In this document: piece after piece, positions 11,348 through 22,271 of the stretch
Position numbering within the stretch: the first letter of the stretch is position 1
Layout: each line of letters opens with the position of its first letter
DNA from: Gekko japonicus
Taxonomy: Eukaryota
Direction of reading: 5' to 3'
DNA: 53,786 nt
NCBI RefSeq assembly: GCF_001447785.1
Contig: NW_015165855.1
Coordinates: 678,338-732,123 of the forward strand
The notes under the pieces: generated by a model
What the model was told of the DNA's origin: nothing
The model's database searches: none
The model's input: the letters and a program-made list of their open reading frames with translations, nothing else
Translations under genes and position numbers: made by a program

Positions 11348-13735
11348 CTCGATGATCTGATCTCCATTATTAAGATTTAAATCTTCAAAAGTAAGGATAG
11401 GATCATTTGCTTCACAGGTCTGCTGACTACTAAACTGGTTTTTCCTGGAGTCTGTGGTGAGAGAAACTTCTTGGCAATAGGAGTGAAGAAAGGCTCGGAC
11501 TCCATCAATACCCACAAATTGTGAGACAGGAACACCACTGAAATTCACATCTCCAGAAGCACACAGCTGTGAAGTTCTCCATCTGTACACCCTGATGGCC
11601 AGCAACACAAGGAGGAAGGTGAAAAACAAGCAGGAGACAAAAGCCACAGCAACCACCAGGTAGAAGGTGAGGTCCGACTGGGGGTCTGCAGGAGCTGAGA
11701 TGCTGCTAATATCAGAGAGGCTTTCAGGGATGCTGTCGGCCAGCACCACAGTGACCGTGACTGAGGCAGACAGAGGGGGCTGCCCATTGTCCTTCACTAA
11801 AACCACCAGGCTTTGCTTGAGAGCATCCTTGTCCAGAAAGAAGCGGGTCGTCCTGATCTCTCCAGTGTGGAGTCCTATGGAGAAGAGCCCTGGCTCCGTG
11901 GCCTTGAGTAATTGATAGGAGAGCCAGGCATTCTGCCCAGAGTCTGCATCCACTGCCACCACCTTAGTCACCAGATATCCAGGCTCAGAAGGGTGAGGAG
12001 CCAACTCGACTCCAGTGGAACCATCAGTAGGAGTAGACGGGTACAAGATCTGGGGGACATTGTCATTCTGATCCAGGATGAAGAGAGTCACTGAGACATT
12101 GGAGCTGAGTGGTGGGGAGCCTCCATCTTGGGCCTTAACCCAGAAGTTGATCTCCTGGAACTCTTCATAATCAAAAGAGTTCAGTGCATAGACAACACCA
12201 CTTTCAGAATTAATGGAGAGGTAAGATGAGAGAGAGGACTGATCATGTCCAGCCATAATGGAATATGTTATTCTGGAATTCTCTTCCCAGTCAGGATCAT
12301 TGGCTTTAAAGGAAAAGATGGAGGCCCCTCTCAAATTATTCTCGAGGAGATAAGTTGTATATGCTGATTCTGCAAAGAGGGGTGGATTGTCATTTGTGTC
12401 TAAAAGCCTTAGAGCTATCACAGTGGCTGTAGAAAGAGAAGGAATCCCACAGTCAGTAGCTGTGAGGGTGATACTGTAGGATGCCACTTGCTCCCTATCC
12501 AGAACATCGTCAGTCACCAAACTGTAAAAGTTATCCATGGATTTTTTCAGCTGAAAAGGGAGGCTTGGATCTATGGAGCATGTGATCTCCCCGTTACTTC
12601 CGGAATCACTATCTTGCACATTTAGAATGGCAACAACAGTTCCAATTGGTGAGTTCTCAAGGATGTCACTGGTGAGATAGGTTACCTCTAATTCAGGTGC
12701 ATGGTCATTCAAGTCCGTAATGAAAATCACAACTTTTGATTTGTCACTCAGGCCTCCCCCATCCTTAGCTTGTACCTCAAATTCATATAAGGAAGATTCC
12801 TCATAATCAAGTTTCCCTCCAAGTGTTATTTCACCAGTTGTAGAATTAAGGATAAATGTCTGGGAAAATTTGTTTGTAATTTTATGGAATAAATATTTTA
12901 TCTCCCCATTAATTCCTTCATCCAGATCGACTGCGTTTACTGTAACTATTGTGGATCCTTTAGGAATATTCTCTGTGACAGTTGCTTCATAGACAGGTTG
13001 GCTGAAAACTGGAGCATTGTCATTGGTATCTAGAACAATTACATGGATTTGAGCAGTGCCGGATCTCATGGGATCTCCCCCATCAGAAGCTGTGAGGATC
13101 AGATCATGAACTGATTTCTCTTCCCTATCCAGAGGTTTATCTAATACTAGTTCAGCATGCCTAATGCCATTTTCATCCATCTGGACATGCAAAGAAAAAT
13201 GGCTGCTGCCTGTGAGTTGATAACTCTGTATCGAATTTATGCCCAGATCTGGATCTTCAGCTTGAGGAAGGTCAAAACGGGACCCCAATGTAGACGCTTC
13301 ATTAATTTCAAGCTCCTGTTCCCATGGATGGAATTGAGGGTCATTATCATTTACATCTGTAATTTCCACTTCTATTCCATAAATCTTCAATTTCCTCTCA
13401 ATAATAACCTGTAAATTTAAGGTGCATTTTTCTGCCTGTCCACAGATTGCCTCTCTGTCTATTCTCTGTGAAGTTTGTAAAATGCCACTGTTGAAGTTCA
13501 AAGCAAAATACTGAATCGTACCTGTCCTGGTAACTATCCGGAGTCCATGTTCTGAAAGATGCTTTCCACCCATTCCTAGATCCTTTGCAATATTCCCCAC
13601 AAAGGAGCCTTTCTGCATCTCTTCAGGAATGGAATAGTGAATCTGCCCGGAAACTGCCTTCCACACAAGCAGTGTGATTAGGTATTGCAGGGTGCCTTTG
13701 TTGATGCTGCTCCATTGCTTCTGTGTTTCTCCCAT
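11348..13735 (-). CDS. PCDHGA: Protocadherin gamma-A variable exon (796 codons)
   Basis: Within ORF 11339..13909. ATG of MGETQKQW at 13735, QIHYSIPEE start of EC1, six ECs, TM, gammaA tail FVGIDGVRAFLHSYCQEVSLTTDSRK. Donor GAG|GTGAGT at 11348/11347. Confidence 0.93.
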
Positions 13736-13939
13736 CTGCTTGCAGCAAGGTAAGGGATTCTTGGTCTTCTGGCTCTGAATCCAAAGAAAGGAGGTCCCTC
13801 TGTGTAGTTCTGAAAATAGATGTTGTATTTGCTTCCTTCCCTGTAATGTCAGTTCCAGTCTGATCTCTTTCTGTTTTGTGCTTGTATATTCAAGAATTGC
13901 GGTGCTCAACTTGCTGGGCTTTCAGGTAATTTCTCCCTT

Positions 13940-13981
13940 ATTGGTGAACAGCGACACCCAGAGTCCCAACTAGAAATTACA
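13940..13981 (-). promoter_or_regulatory. CSE/CTCF promoter element, gammaA-type
   Basis: Minus strand TGTAATTTCTAGTTGGGACTCTGGGTGTCGCTGTTCACCAAT. Core at 13949-13953, 214 bp from the ATG. Confidence 0.88.
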
Positions 13982-15708
13982 TGGACATGAACTACACACT
14001 GATTGTGTTTTTTTATCCCCATGTTCAAATTGTTTTTAACACACAGTGAAAATGGAAATCCAAAGAGCCAACAATAAAAGGTTCAGGACTTCCTTGTCTA
14101 ATTCCACTAATGGAGAAAATACACATTGATTTCTTCTAGATGAGAAACAGCTCCATATAAAATGTACATAAAATATTATCGTGTTGGTATAGCTTGCGGT
14201 CATATTTCTCAGCAGCTCTCTCCATTCCCCAACCAAAGAAGGCCCACGAACAGAACCCTTTATCTCTGCTTCCCTGAAAAGAAGATAGAATTAATTTTAT
14301 AATTTTTGGATCACATCAATTTCTTCCCGGTCTGCTGATGTTATTCATGTTATCAGGCTTTGGAACCCAAGAGCATGAGATCAGCTGTGCTGGATCAGAT
14401 AGACAGACCGCCTCATCTAGCATCCCATTTCAGGCTGTGGCCATGAGGTGCCCATGGGAGGCTTACAAGGTTTTGTGGAATTTCAGAATCTCTGAAGCTC
14501 TTTGGTGCATCTGGGAGGAACTTTTTGTGCCGTCCATCTATGTGAGAAGATACTTTTGTGGGAGATTATGTAAATAAGAAAATGCTTATCAGGGCTTTTA
14601 TCCTGCTGTTTATTCACAGCAGCACAATATCTAAAGTTATTTACAACAGCAATTACTTCAGCTAGAGACATCTTCACGTTTTACTTTCTTTGCAAATGAA
14701 CCAGATATGAAATAAATATGTATATTACATCTTTTTGATGTAATATCAATGATTTATGAATTATCATGAATGAATTATCAAATGAATTATCAAAAACAGG
14801 ACAGCAGTTGACAAAGGAAGGTATAAAAAAGCAGAAGGGGGTGGAATACAAAAAGCAGTGCAGGAAAAGCAATGGAAAATACAAACAAGTATGGGACTAG
14901 AGCTTGTTGGGGAAGGTGAGCTATCCATGAGGGAAGCAGGGGATGCTGGCCCTTTGGATCAAATGGGCACTGCTGTACCAAGCTCACTTGTCCCCTCGCC
15001 CACCTGCCTGCTGCTTCACTTACCACCAGCTGAAGGGGTGGCACAGAGCAGCTATATGGTCCCAGTTTTGTCTTTGTGGAACTTGAAAGTGAATTTCTCC
15101 CTCGAAAGCATCACATACAGAACTTTTCCTTCTCAGAAAGACAGGGAGTGGGGAAGGGAAGGCACTCCATGGGCAGAGAACAACCCTCAGCCGTGCAGTG
15201 ACAGTGGAGGAGGAAGAGACCTGGGGGGAGTTAAGGAAAGATGGAGAGGCCTGGTTGATGGATTCTTCTTACATCCAGTCAGAGGCTCAGAAGGACAACG
15301 GAGGCCTTCACACTGGCTAATGAGAAGCCAGCCTGCTGGGTGAATATGCATGGTCTGGCCAAGTACACTTGGTCGCTGGTGCGGCTTTTGCTGTTCCTAG
15401 TAAAGGAGAAGCTGGGGCAGGAGTCTTTCCTTCTGTTGAGGTGGCTACACTCTGGTGAGGAAGGCATGGGAATGACTATTGTTGTGAGGAGCTGGGGGGG
15501 GGGGACTTTCCCCGGCTGTTCATTCAGTTCAGTATTTGCTAAGGTTTGATCAGTTGGTGCATTAACGGCCTATTTGCAGAGGAGGAAAGCCGTGTATAAA
15601 AACACACCGTGAGATAAAAGGTAGCTAATGTCCAATTTTTGTTTGTTTTGCAGATTAGTTATGCACAGTCCTCTCCCTTCCCTCCCGCCATCCCCAATGG
15701 GTACCAGT

Positions 15709-15914
15709 CAAAGCTCCCTCTAAGCTATGGAGTCTTGTGAGGAAAAATTCTACTTTGTGAGCTACCAGCATTAAAGTCATGAGCGAGCAATTTGGCTGCT
15801 GCATAAATTAGTGTGCTCTGGAGCCGTCCATCCTGAGCTAAGACAAAAATGTGTGAGCCGGAGGCTAAAAAACTGTGAGCTAGCTCACACTAACTCAGCT
15901 TAGAGGGAACACTG
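15709..15914. mobile_element. Non-autonomous hAT-type MITE
   Basis: TIRs caaagctccctctaagct and agcttagagggaacactg. Imperfect 8-bp TSD gtaccagt / gtatcagc. Confidence 0.7.
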
Positions 15915-16137
15915 GTATCAGCACCTGCTTTGAAAGCCAGTTTTTAAGAACTGTTTGCTCCTTAATGGCAATTTTTTTTGGGGGGGCAGATTCTAATGTA
16001 TTTGACAAAGGATTGACACATGTATTATAATTACTGTGAGGGGCAGCATGGAAAATGTGCAAGTAAAAAAGTGACAGACTGTCCATGGTATTTCAGACAT
16101 TGCCTAGTCTATACGTATAGTCTCCATGTGATGCGCA

Positions 16138-16300
16138 ATTTATTTATTTATTTATTTATTTAATTTCACAGACCCCGCCCTCCCCGCAAGCGGGCTCAGG
16201 GCGGCTTACATAGGCACAACTGTGCAATAAAACACAACAGGATTAAAACAGTTAAGGCACCAAGTGCAATAAAAATAGAACAAGTTAAAACAATTAAAAC
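16138..16300 (-). mobile_element. L2-type 3' tail
   Basis: (TTTA)n followed by ccccgccctccccgcaagcgggctcagggcggcttaca, the reverse of the TGTAAGCCGCCCTGAG...AAATAAA L2 terminus. Confidence 0.65.
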
Positions 16301-16971
16301 AAAAACTCACATCTTGCAGGATACATTAGGAACTAAAATACTCACTCCCTATTGTATATCGCGGTGGGATCAAGAGGGGGGATGCCATGGGCCAAGATGT
16401 TCCAGATGGCCAGTCGGCCCAACCCGGCGGTCCTGCTCTGCAGTTACTCGGTGGTGGTGGCGGCAAGCAGGTAAATTATAAGGAGTTTTTCAGTACATTG
16501 CCTGGTCAACATGGACAGTTTTTAATACGGACAGTTTAATAGTAAGCTGTCTATAGCAGGACTCTGAAAAGGCAGTATAGAAACTATCTCAAATGCATAA
16601 ATATATTTTATGTACACAATTGTGATATATAAAATTCCTTTTTCATGCTGGCAGTTTGTGCGTAATCCCCCAGCTGTAATGGAAAAGTTCAAAGTTCACA
16701 GTTACCAACATTTCTGCATATTCTCCATTTGACTTACAGGTCACATTAAAACAGAATACCTATGAAAAAGTCACATGACTATTCACTAGGACCAGACTGT
16801 TTCCAGTGGTCAACATATTTATTCCTATTTTAATTTAAAAACTGTGAGGGTGAGGGAATGTTCCACATGTAATATGTCCTTTGAAATATCGACTACGAAA
16901 ATCCTAGAAGAAAATACATTTAAATAATAAAGTATTTCATCTGACTAATATTTTAAATGTTAAGTAAAACA

Positions 16972-17082
16972 GAAGTGAAGTTTGTCTCATGAAAACTTAA
17001 GCTGAAATAAACTTAGCTGGTCTTAAAGGTGCCACTTGATTTCTGTTTTACTTTGCTACAACAGACTATCATGACTACCCTC
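16972..17082. mobile_element. Penelope-like terminal fragment
   Basis: gaagtgaag...aataaac...ggtcttaaaggtgccact...acagacta...ctacc resembles a common sauropsid Penelope-related repeat end (recalled, not searched). Confidence 0.4.
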
Positions 17083-18189
17083 TCTTCCTGCCATTTCATA
17101 TGCTCAAGTATGAAAGGAAAGGAAGTTCAGTCGTGTTGAACATTTGCCACTCCAATGACACATCAACACTAGTAGGCCTGTTTCGACACTCTGAAAAGGA
17201 GCGGAATCAACATCTGGAGCAGGTTTGTTTATTGGGTTGAATCACAGTGCTCATCTTTCACTCACTGAGGTGTCACATGAAAACTTTTAAAACATGGTAT
17301 GTGCACTCTACCTTTTTTCTTGCTTGCCCAAGGCCACCTGTGCATCTTAGGTCCCTTCTGTTGGAAGTGAAGGACTTTGTGCTGTCTCTTAGCCTCAGAC
17401 TTCAGAGGGGGACTACAGAGAGCCAGAGAGATAGGTAGGCCAGGACCTTGATCATCCTTCCCTTTTAATGCTCTGATGCCGTCCCTTTGATATGTAGATT
17501 GCTACTCTCAGGGAATCTCTGTTCTTTCCAGGCTGACACTTTCTTTCCACACTATGCTAGCCTTCTCCATCTTGGGACCATGAGGGCAGGACATGCTTCC
17601 TGCAACTCTATCCATCCTAGCTACTTAGACTAGATTAGAATCCTATCTCTACTCTATCCTGTATAGAATATAGTTCCTTACAATAAGGATTCATATTAGT
17701 TTTGCAAAGATAAAGAGGCTCCACATGTAACTTTGTTTCTTGTCAGCACACACAAACCAGATAGGCTCTGCTGTGTTATGTTCCTTGAGTACTCTGCTAA
17801 CCAAATAATCCTTCACCTTCAGTTTGGAGGCAATTCCCTGGTTCTCATTCACAGTGGCCCAGATCTTCTGTGTGGAGTGCTGCTTCATTCTTCTTCCACC
17901 CACATGCCATGTGCCACTCTCAACTACAGCAAGCTCTGTGACCGCTTTTTAAAATCACTGATTTGTATAACTTTAAACACTTTTAATTATTATATAATCC
18001 CTCTGAAAACTATGAAATAGATGTATCGTGTTATTATGACTTAACAACAAAACACCAAACACTCCAATTATGAATCATAAACACATGGGTTGCAATGGTA
18101 TCCTAAACATTATCCTTCCAATACATGATGAACACTAACCCTTTTTCTATAAATCCATCAGAGGTATTATTAGCCAGGTGTTTAGATTT

Positions 18190-19320
18190 CACATAGAATC
18201 ATAGAATGTTAGAATTGGAAGGGACCTTACAGGTCATCTAGTCCAACCCTGCAGGAGTATACTGCAGGAGTATACTGAAAGATAGCCCTACATACCTACA
18301 ACATACCCGAAAGATGGTCGTCCAGCCTCCGCTTGAAAACATCCAGCGAAGGAGCATCCACCCCCTCCCAAGGCAGACTGTTCCACTGCTCAACCACTCT
18401 TACAGTTAGGAAGTTTCTCCTGATATTTAGCCGGTAACGACTCCCTTGTAATTTCCACCTATTAGATCTAGTCTTGCAATCCGGAGCAAGAGAGAATAGA
18501 TCTGCTCCATCTTCTACATGACAGCCCTTCAAATACTTGAACACTGGAATCATGTCCCCTCTAAGCCTTCTCTTTCCCAGGCTAAACATACCCAACTCTT
18601 TCAGCCTTTCCTCATAAGTCTTGGATTCCAATCCTCTCACCATCCTGTTTGCCCTCTTCTGGACACGCTCGAGCTTGTCAACATCCTTCCTAAAATGTGG
18701 TTCCCGAAACTGGACACAGGACTCCAGGTGAGGCCTGACCATAGCAGAATAGAGCAGAACTACCACCTCCCTTAATCTGGACACAATGCTTCTGTTAATG
18801 CATCCTAAGATTGCATTAGCTTTCTTCACAGCCACATCGCACTGCAGGCTCATGTTTAGCCTGTGATCAACCAGAACACCTAGATCCCTTTCACATGTGC
18901 TGCTGTCAAGCCAAGTCCCTCCCATTCTATATTTATTCCTTTCATTTTTTGTACCTAAGTGTAGGACTTTGCATTTATCTCTATTGAAATTCATTTTTTT
19001 TTTGTCTCAGCCCACTGTTCCAGCCTATCTAGATCATTTTGAATCCTGACTCTGTCTTCTTCAGAATTAGCAATCCCACCTAACTTCGTGTCATATGCAA
19101 ATTTGATAAGCATCCCCTCGATGTCTTCCTCCAGGTCATTTATAAAAACATTGAACAACACCGGGCCTAGGACCGAGCCCTGCAGCACTCCACTCGAAAC
19201 TTCCCTCCACGTAGACGCAGAGCCATTTATGAGCACTCGTTGGGTACGATTTTTCAACCAACCATGAATCCATCCAACAGTTGCACCATTTAGCCCACAC
19301 GTAACCAGCTTTATCATTAT
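18190..19320 (-). mobile_element. CR1 LINE, 5'-truncated, relatively young (RT C-terminal part)
   Basis: ORFs 18991..19341 (SGVLQGSVLGPVLFNVFINDL, KFAYDTKLGG) and 18296..18994 (MNFNRDKCKVLHLG...RRLRGD) joined by a frameshift at the poly-T near 18994. (ATTCTATG)n-type 3' terminus at ~18192-18207. Confidence 0.92.
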
Positions 19321-19329
19321 CAACTTTCC

Positions 19330-20115
19330 ATAGCACACCATTCATCAATATATCCCTTTGCTGCTATACAATCTTCAGCCGTTATTAACAAGTTAAAGAA
19401 AATGTCCACTCACCTAATAATGTCTTTTAGAGTTCATACATAATAAATAACCTGTCATATAAATCTCATCTATAATATAGACCCAAACATTTAATCTGTG
19501 GGCAGCTCCAAAATAAGATCAGCTTTGTTGGCCTTATACCTCCAAACTACATATAAGGAATTAAAATAAATCTTTGGTAAGTGCTGTGATGTACAATACC
19601 ACCAAAATCGTATTTTGACAAGGCTTTCCTTAACACCCATTGATACTAGTCTTGATCAAACCTTTCTCCCAACCCAATTCCATTCAGTTTGTGCAATATC
19701 TTTCCCACATATACACATGAAAGTATTCAATAGTCTCTTATAAGCTGGGCTCCATCATCCTCTCAGGCTCTGCCTTGCTTCTTAATACTGACTCCATTTC
19801 CAACAATGTAAAATCAATATGACAATGTTATAAATATTGAAATATTCTATAATTTCCTCATACGACAGAAAATGCCCGTCTTTAAAAAGATCCTGCAATC
19901 AACTTCTATACTTCCCATAATGACACATCTCCCAAAGTAGTAGAGAGTTCAGTAATTCTTATAAAAATGAGATGTTAAGGGTAAACAAACAAAACCCAGA
20001 CATAAAACAGATTTATACTGCCTCCAAATAGTGATGGATCTGAGATAACCTGAGGTAGTCTAATTTTCTTTAAATCAAACTAGGCTACGTAATGAATTAT
20101 CCAAAACAGATTCCT
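19330..20115 (-). mobile_element. Ancient L1/Tx1-like ORF2 3' relic (continues left of the CR1 at ~17890-18170)
   Basis: Alignable to 32270-33510, whose minus-strand peptide GWRCKANKMDLHIFWNCPQIKRFW is an L1-type C-terminal Cys/His motif. Confidence 0.6.
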
Positions 20116-20149
20116 CATATAGAAGTCACTGCTGCCAGAAATTTAACCA

Positions 20150-21575
20150 GAGCCTAAGCAATACCAGGATCAGTGTCAATGAGCAAAAAATACATAGAAA
20201 AAAGAGGAACCTTGGGAAGTATCACTGGTTGTATCCACAGATCTCTCAAAGGGGCAGCCAACACACAAAGACAATATAGGATAAAGTTTCAATTGCCCAA
20301 ACCCACACACATGTGATGTATCTGATTAAAGCACACAAGAGAGGAAAGCATTTAACTTGTCCAGTTGGGACATTTTCAGTGTCATCCTAAAAACACTTTC
20401 CTGGGTGTAAGAACCAGTGAATAGAGATGAGTAGGACTCTTGAGTAGACCTGCTTAGGATTGCTCTTTTTGTTGATGAAAATAAGACGGAACATTGAGAG
20501 TTGGTGTAAGACCAAATAACAACTTAGAACATATTCTACAAGCCCTACCAAGAGCCAACTGATGGTCAAATGCCTCCAGTGCTCTATCAAAGGAAAGTCT
20601 AGCAGCCTGTGGGCCAAAAGAGGAACCAAGGGAACAGCCCTAAAAAAGAATGTTTGGATTTAAGATTGGACTGCCAATGTGAAACATAAAAGGGAAAGAA
20701 AACTACCAACATCTTCAGAAAACAAGACCTTCAAATAAAAGTTAAAAGCCAGCTTCCAAGCTTGGCATTCGCCTGATCCCAAGCCCAGTGCCGACTGGAA
20801 AACTACAGAGGCAACACAATGAAGAATTCAGCTCTAAAGGTCTATCAATAGAACTAGCCACTCCAGTGATCCAAATGGCCACACCATACAAAAGCTGAGA
20901 CAGGACTTTAGTCCTAAAGACTTCAATTGCTAAAGGAACAATCCAATACCCAGCAAAGAAAAAAAAAGTGACAAGCAGCCGCCATGGAGCTGGCCACTAA
21001 AAGCAGAGCACACTCTTTGTGAGCTTTCCATGACAGGGAAGCTTGAAAAATAATACCTAGATAAGAAACTGGGACCCTTGCTCAGTTGGCTGATGGTTCA
21101 ACTTCCAGGAGCGTTGCCTGGGCTGAGAAGTTCTCAGAAAAATCCATAACTTTACATTTTTCACAATTTATTACCAAGTAATAGTTCTGCAATGCCTCTA
21201 GCAATCTATGCAGACTCACTAGCGATCAAGATAGAAGGCATCACCTGCACAGTAACAACAGGATTCAGCTGGTAACTAGACAGGGGCATGGGAATACACC
21301 ACTGCTAAGGCCCCTGCAATATCATTAACATGGAGATTAATTAAGAGAGGAGCCAACAGGCAACACTGGTTCATTCCCAAGGACGAAAGGATGTCCTTAG
21401 TCAGTTGCCTCTCAAGGCCACAATGAACACGAGCAGTGGGCTAATAGCTTAAGTAAATACACAAGTCTGCAAATTATGGAAGACCCATGAAGTTTGGTCC
21501 ACAGAAACTCTCTAGGTATAGAATCAAATGCAGTCCTTAAATCGATAAAGGCTATACAAAGCATACCTCACTTAA
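20150..21575 (-). mobile_element. Degenerate non-LTR reverse-transcriptase region (RTE-X-like)
   Basis: Hand translation of the minus strand gives AFIDLRTAFDSIPREFLWTKL (~21490-21553), LGMNQCCLLAPLLINLHVND (~21325-21383) and a decayed YADD box near 21240-21260. Left boundary approximate. Confidence 0.7.
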
Positions 21576-22271
21576 TGCATTCCACTGCCACTGTGGTTTT
21601 TTTCCTAATAGGATTACAAACTGTTTATGGTCCTTAAACCTCTTTAAAAAAATTATAGGTTTCTGTTACTGAGCTTGCCCAGGCAATGGAATTTGAGTAT
21701 CACGCATTGTTTTATACTGCAACGGAGAGTGGTGTCTTTTTGTACACCTAACAGAAAGCAATACCAGTTATTGAACAAAATTAAGGAAAAGAATATGTTG
21801 CCTGGCCGCAACTGAAAAGTAAGTCCCACTAAATTTAATGGTACATCACAGTAAGTATACATAGAGTGTTCATTGGAACATAATTGAGAAAAATGGGTAT
21901 ATGCCAACTAACTGTTCTGGAAATATTATGTATCAGTGAAAACATTAGCAGTAAGAATATGAGAAAGAGGAAATCAAATATTACTATAAAACATTCATAG
22001 AGTTATTTTAGTACCATCTCTACTTAATACCATTATTCCAAGAAACCAAGCTCAAAGTGACACTTTATATCGTATTTCCATATCACTGAGTAATCAAATC
22101 TGATCTTATTAATTTTTATGTTAATTTTTCTCTTAGTTCAGTGAATGTTTTCAATTTATTCTGTCCTGTTAATATGTACATATCTTTTGTGGAGAAGTTT
22201 CCACTAGAAATATTCGTCAAACAGAAGATATAAAATCAAATTAAGTTATAAAGAAAGGGTAATAAACTCAC

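Noticed and set aside
14858-15343. 161-aa plus-strand ORF with a paralogous 121-aa ORF at 31460
   Set aside because: Similarity reflects the segmental duplication and the 135-bp identical tract. Starts and stops differ and there is no recognisable domain.
17321-17887. Possible second solo LTR (TG...CA with flanking TTCT)
   Set aside because: The 4-bp match lies in pyrimidine-rich sequence and the terminal inverted repeats are weak, so it cannot be supported without a repeat-library search.
18296-19341. Possible functional reverse transcriptase gene
   Set aside because: A 5'-truncated CR1 copy with a frameshift and a mutated catalytic motif (FAYD instead of FADD).
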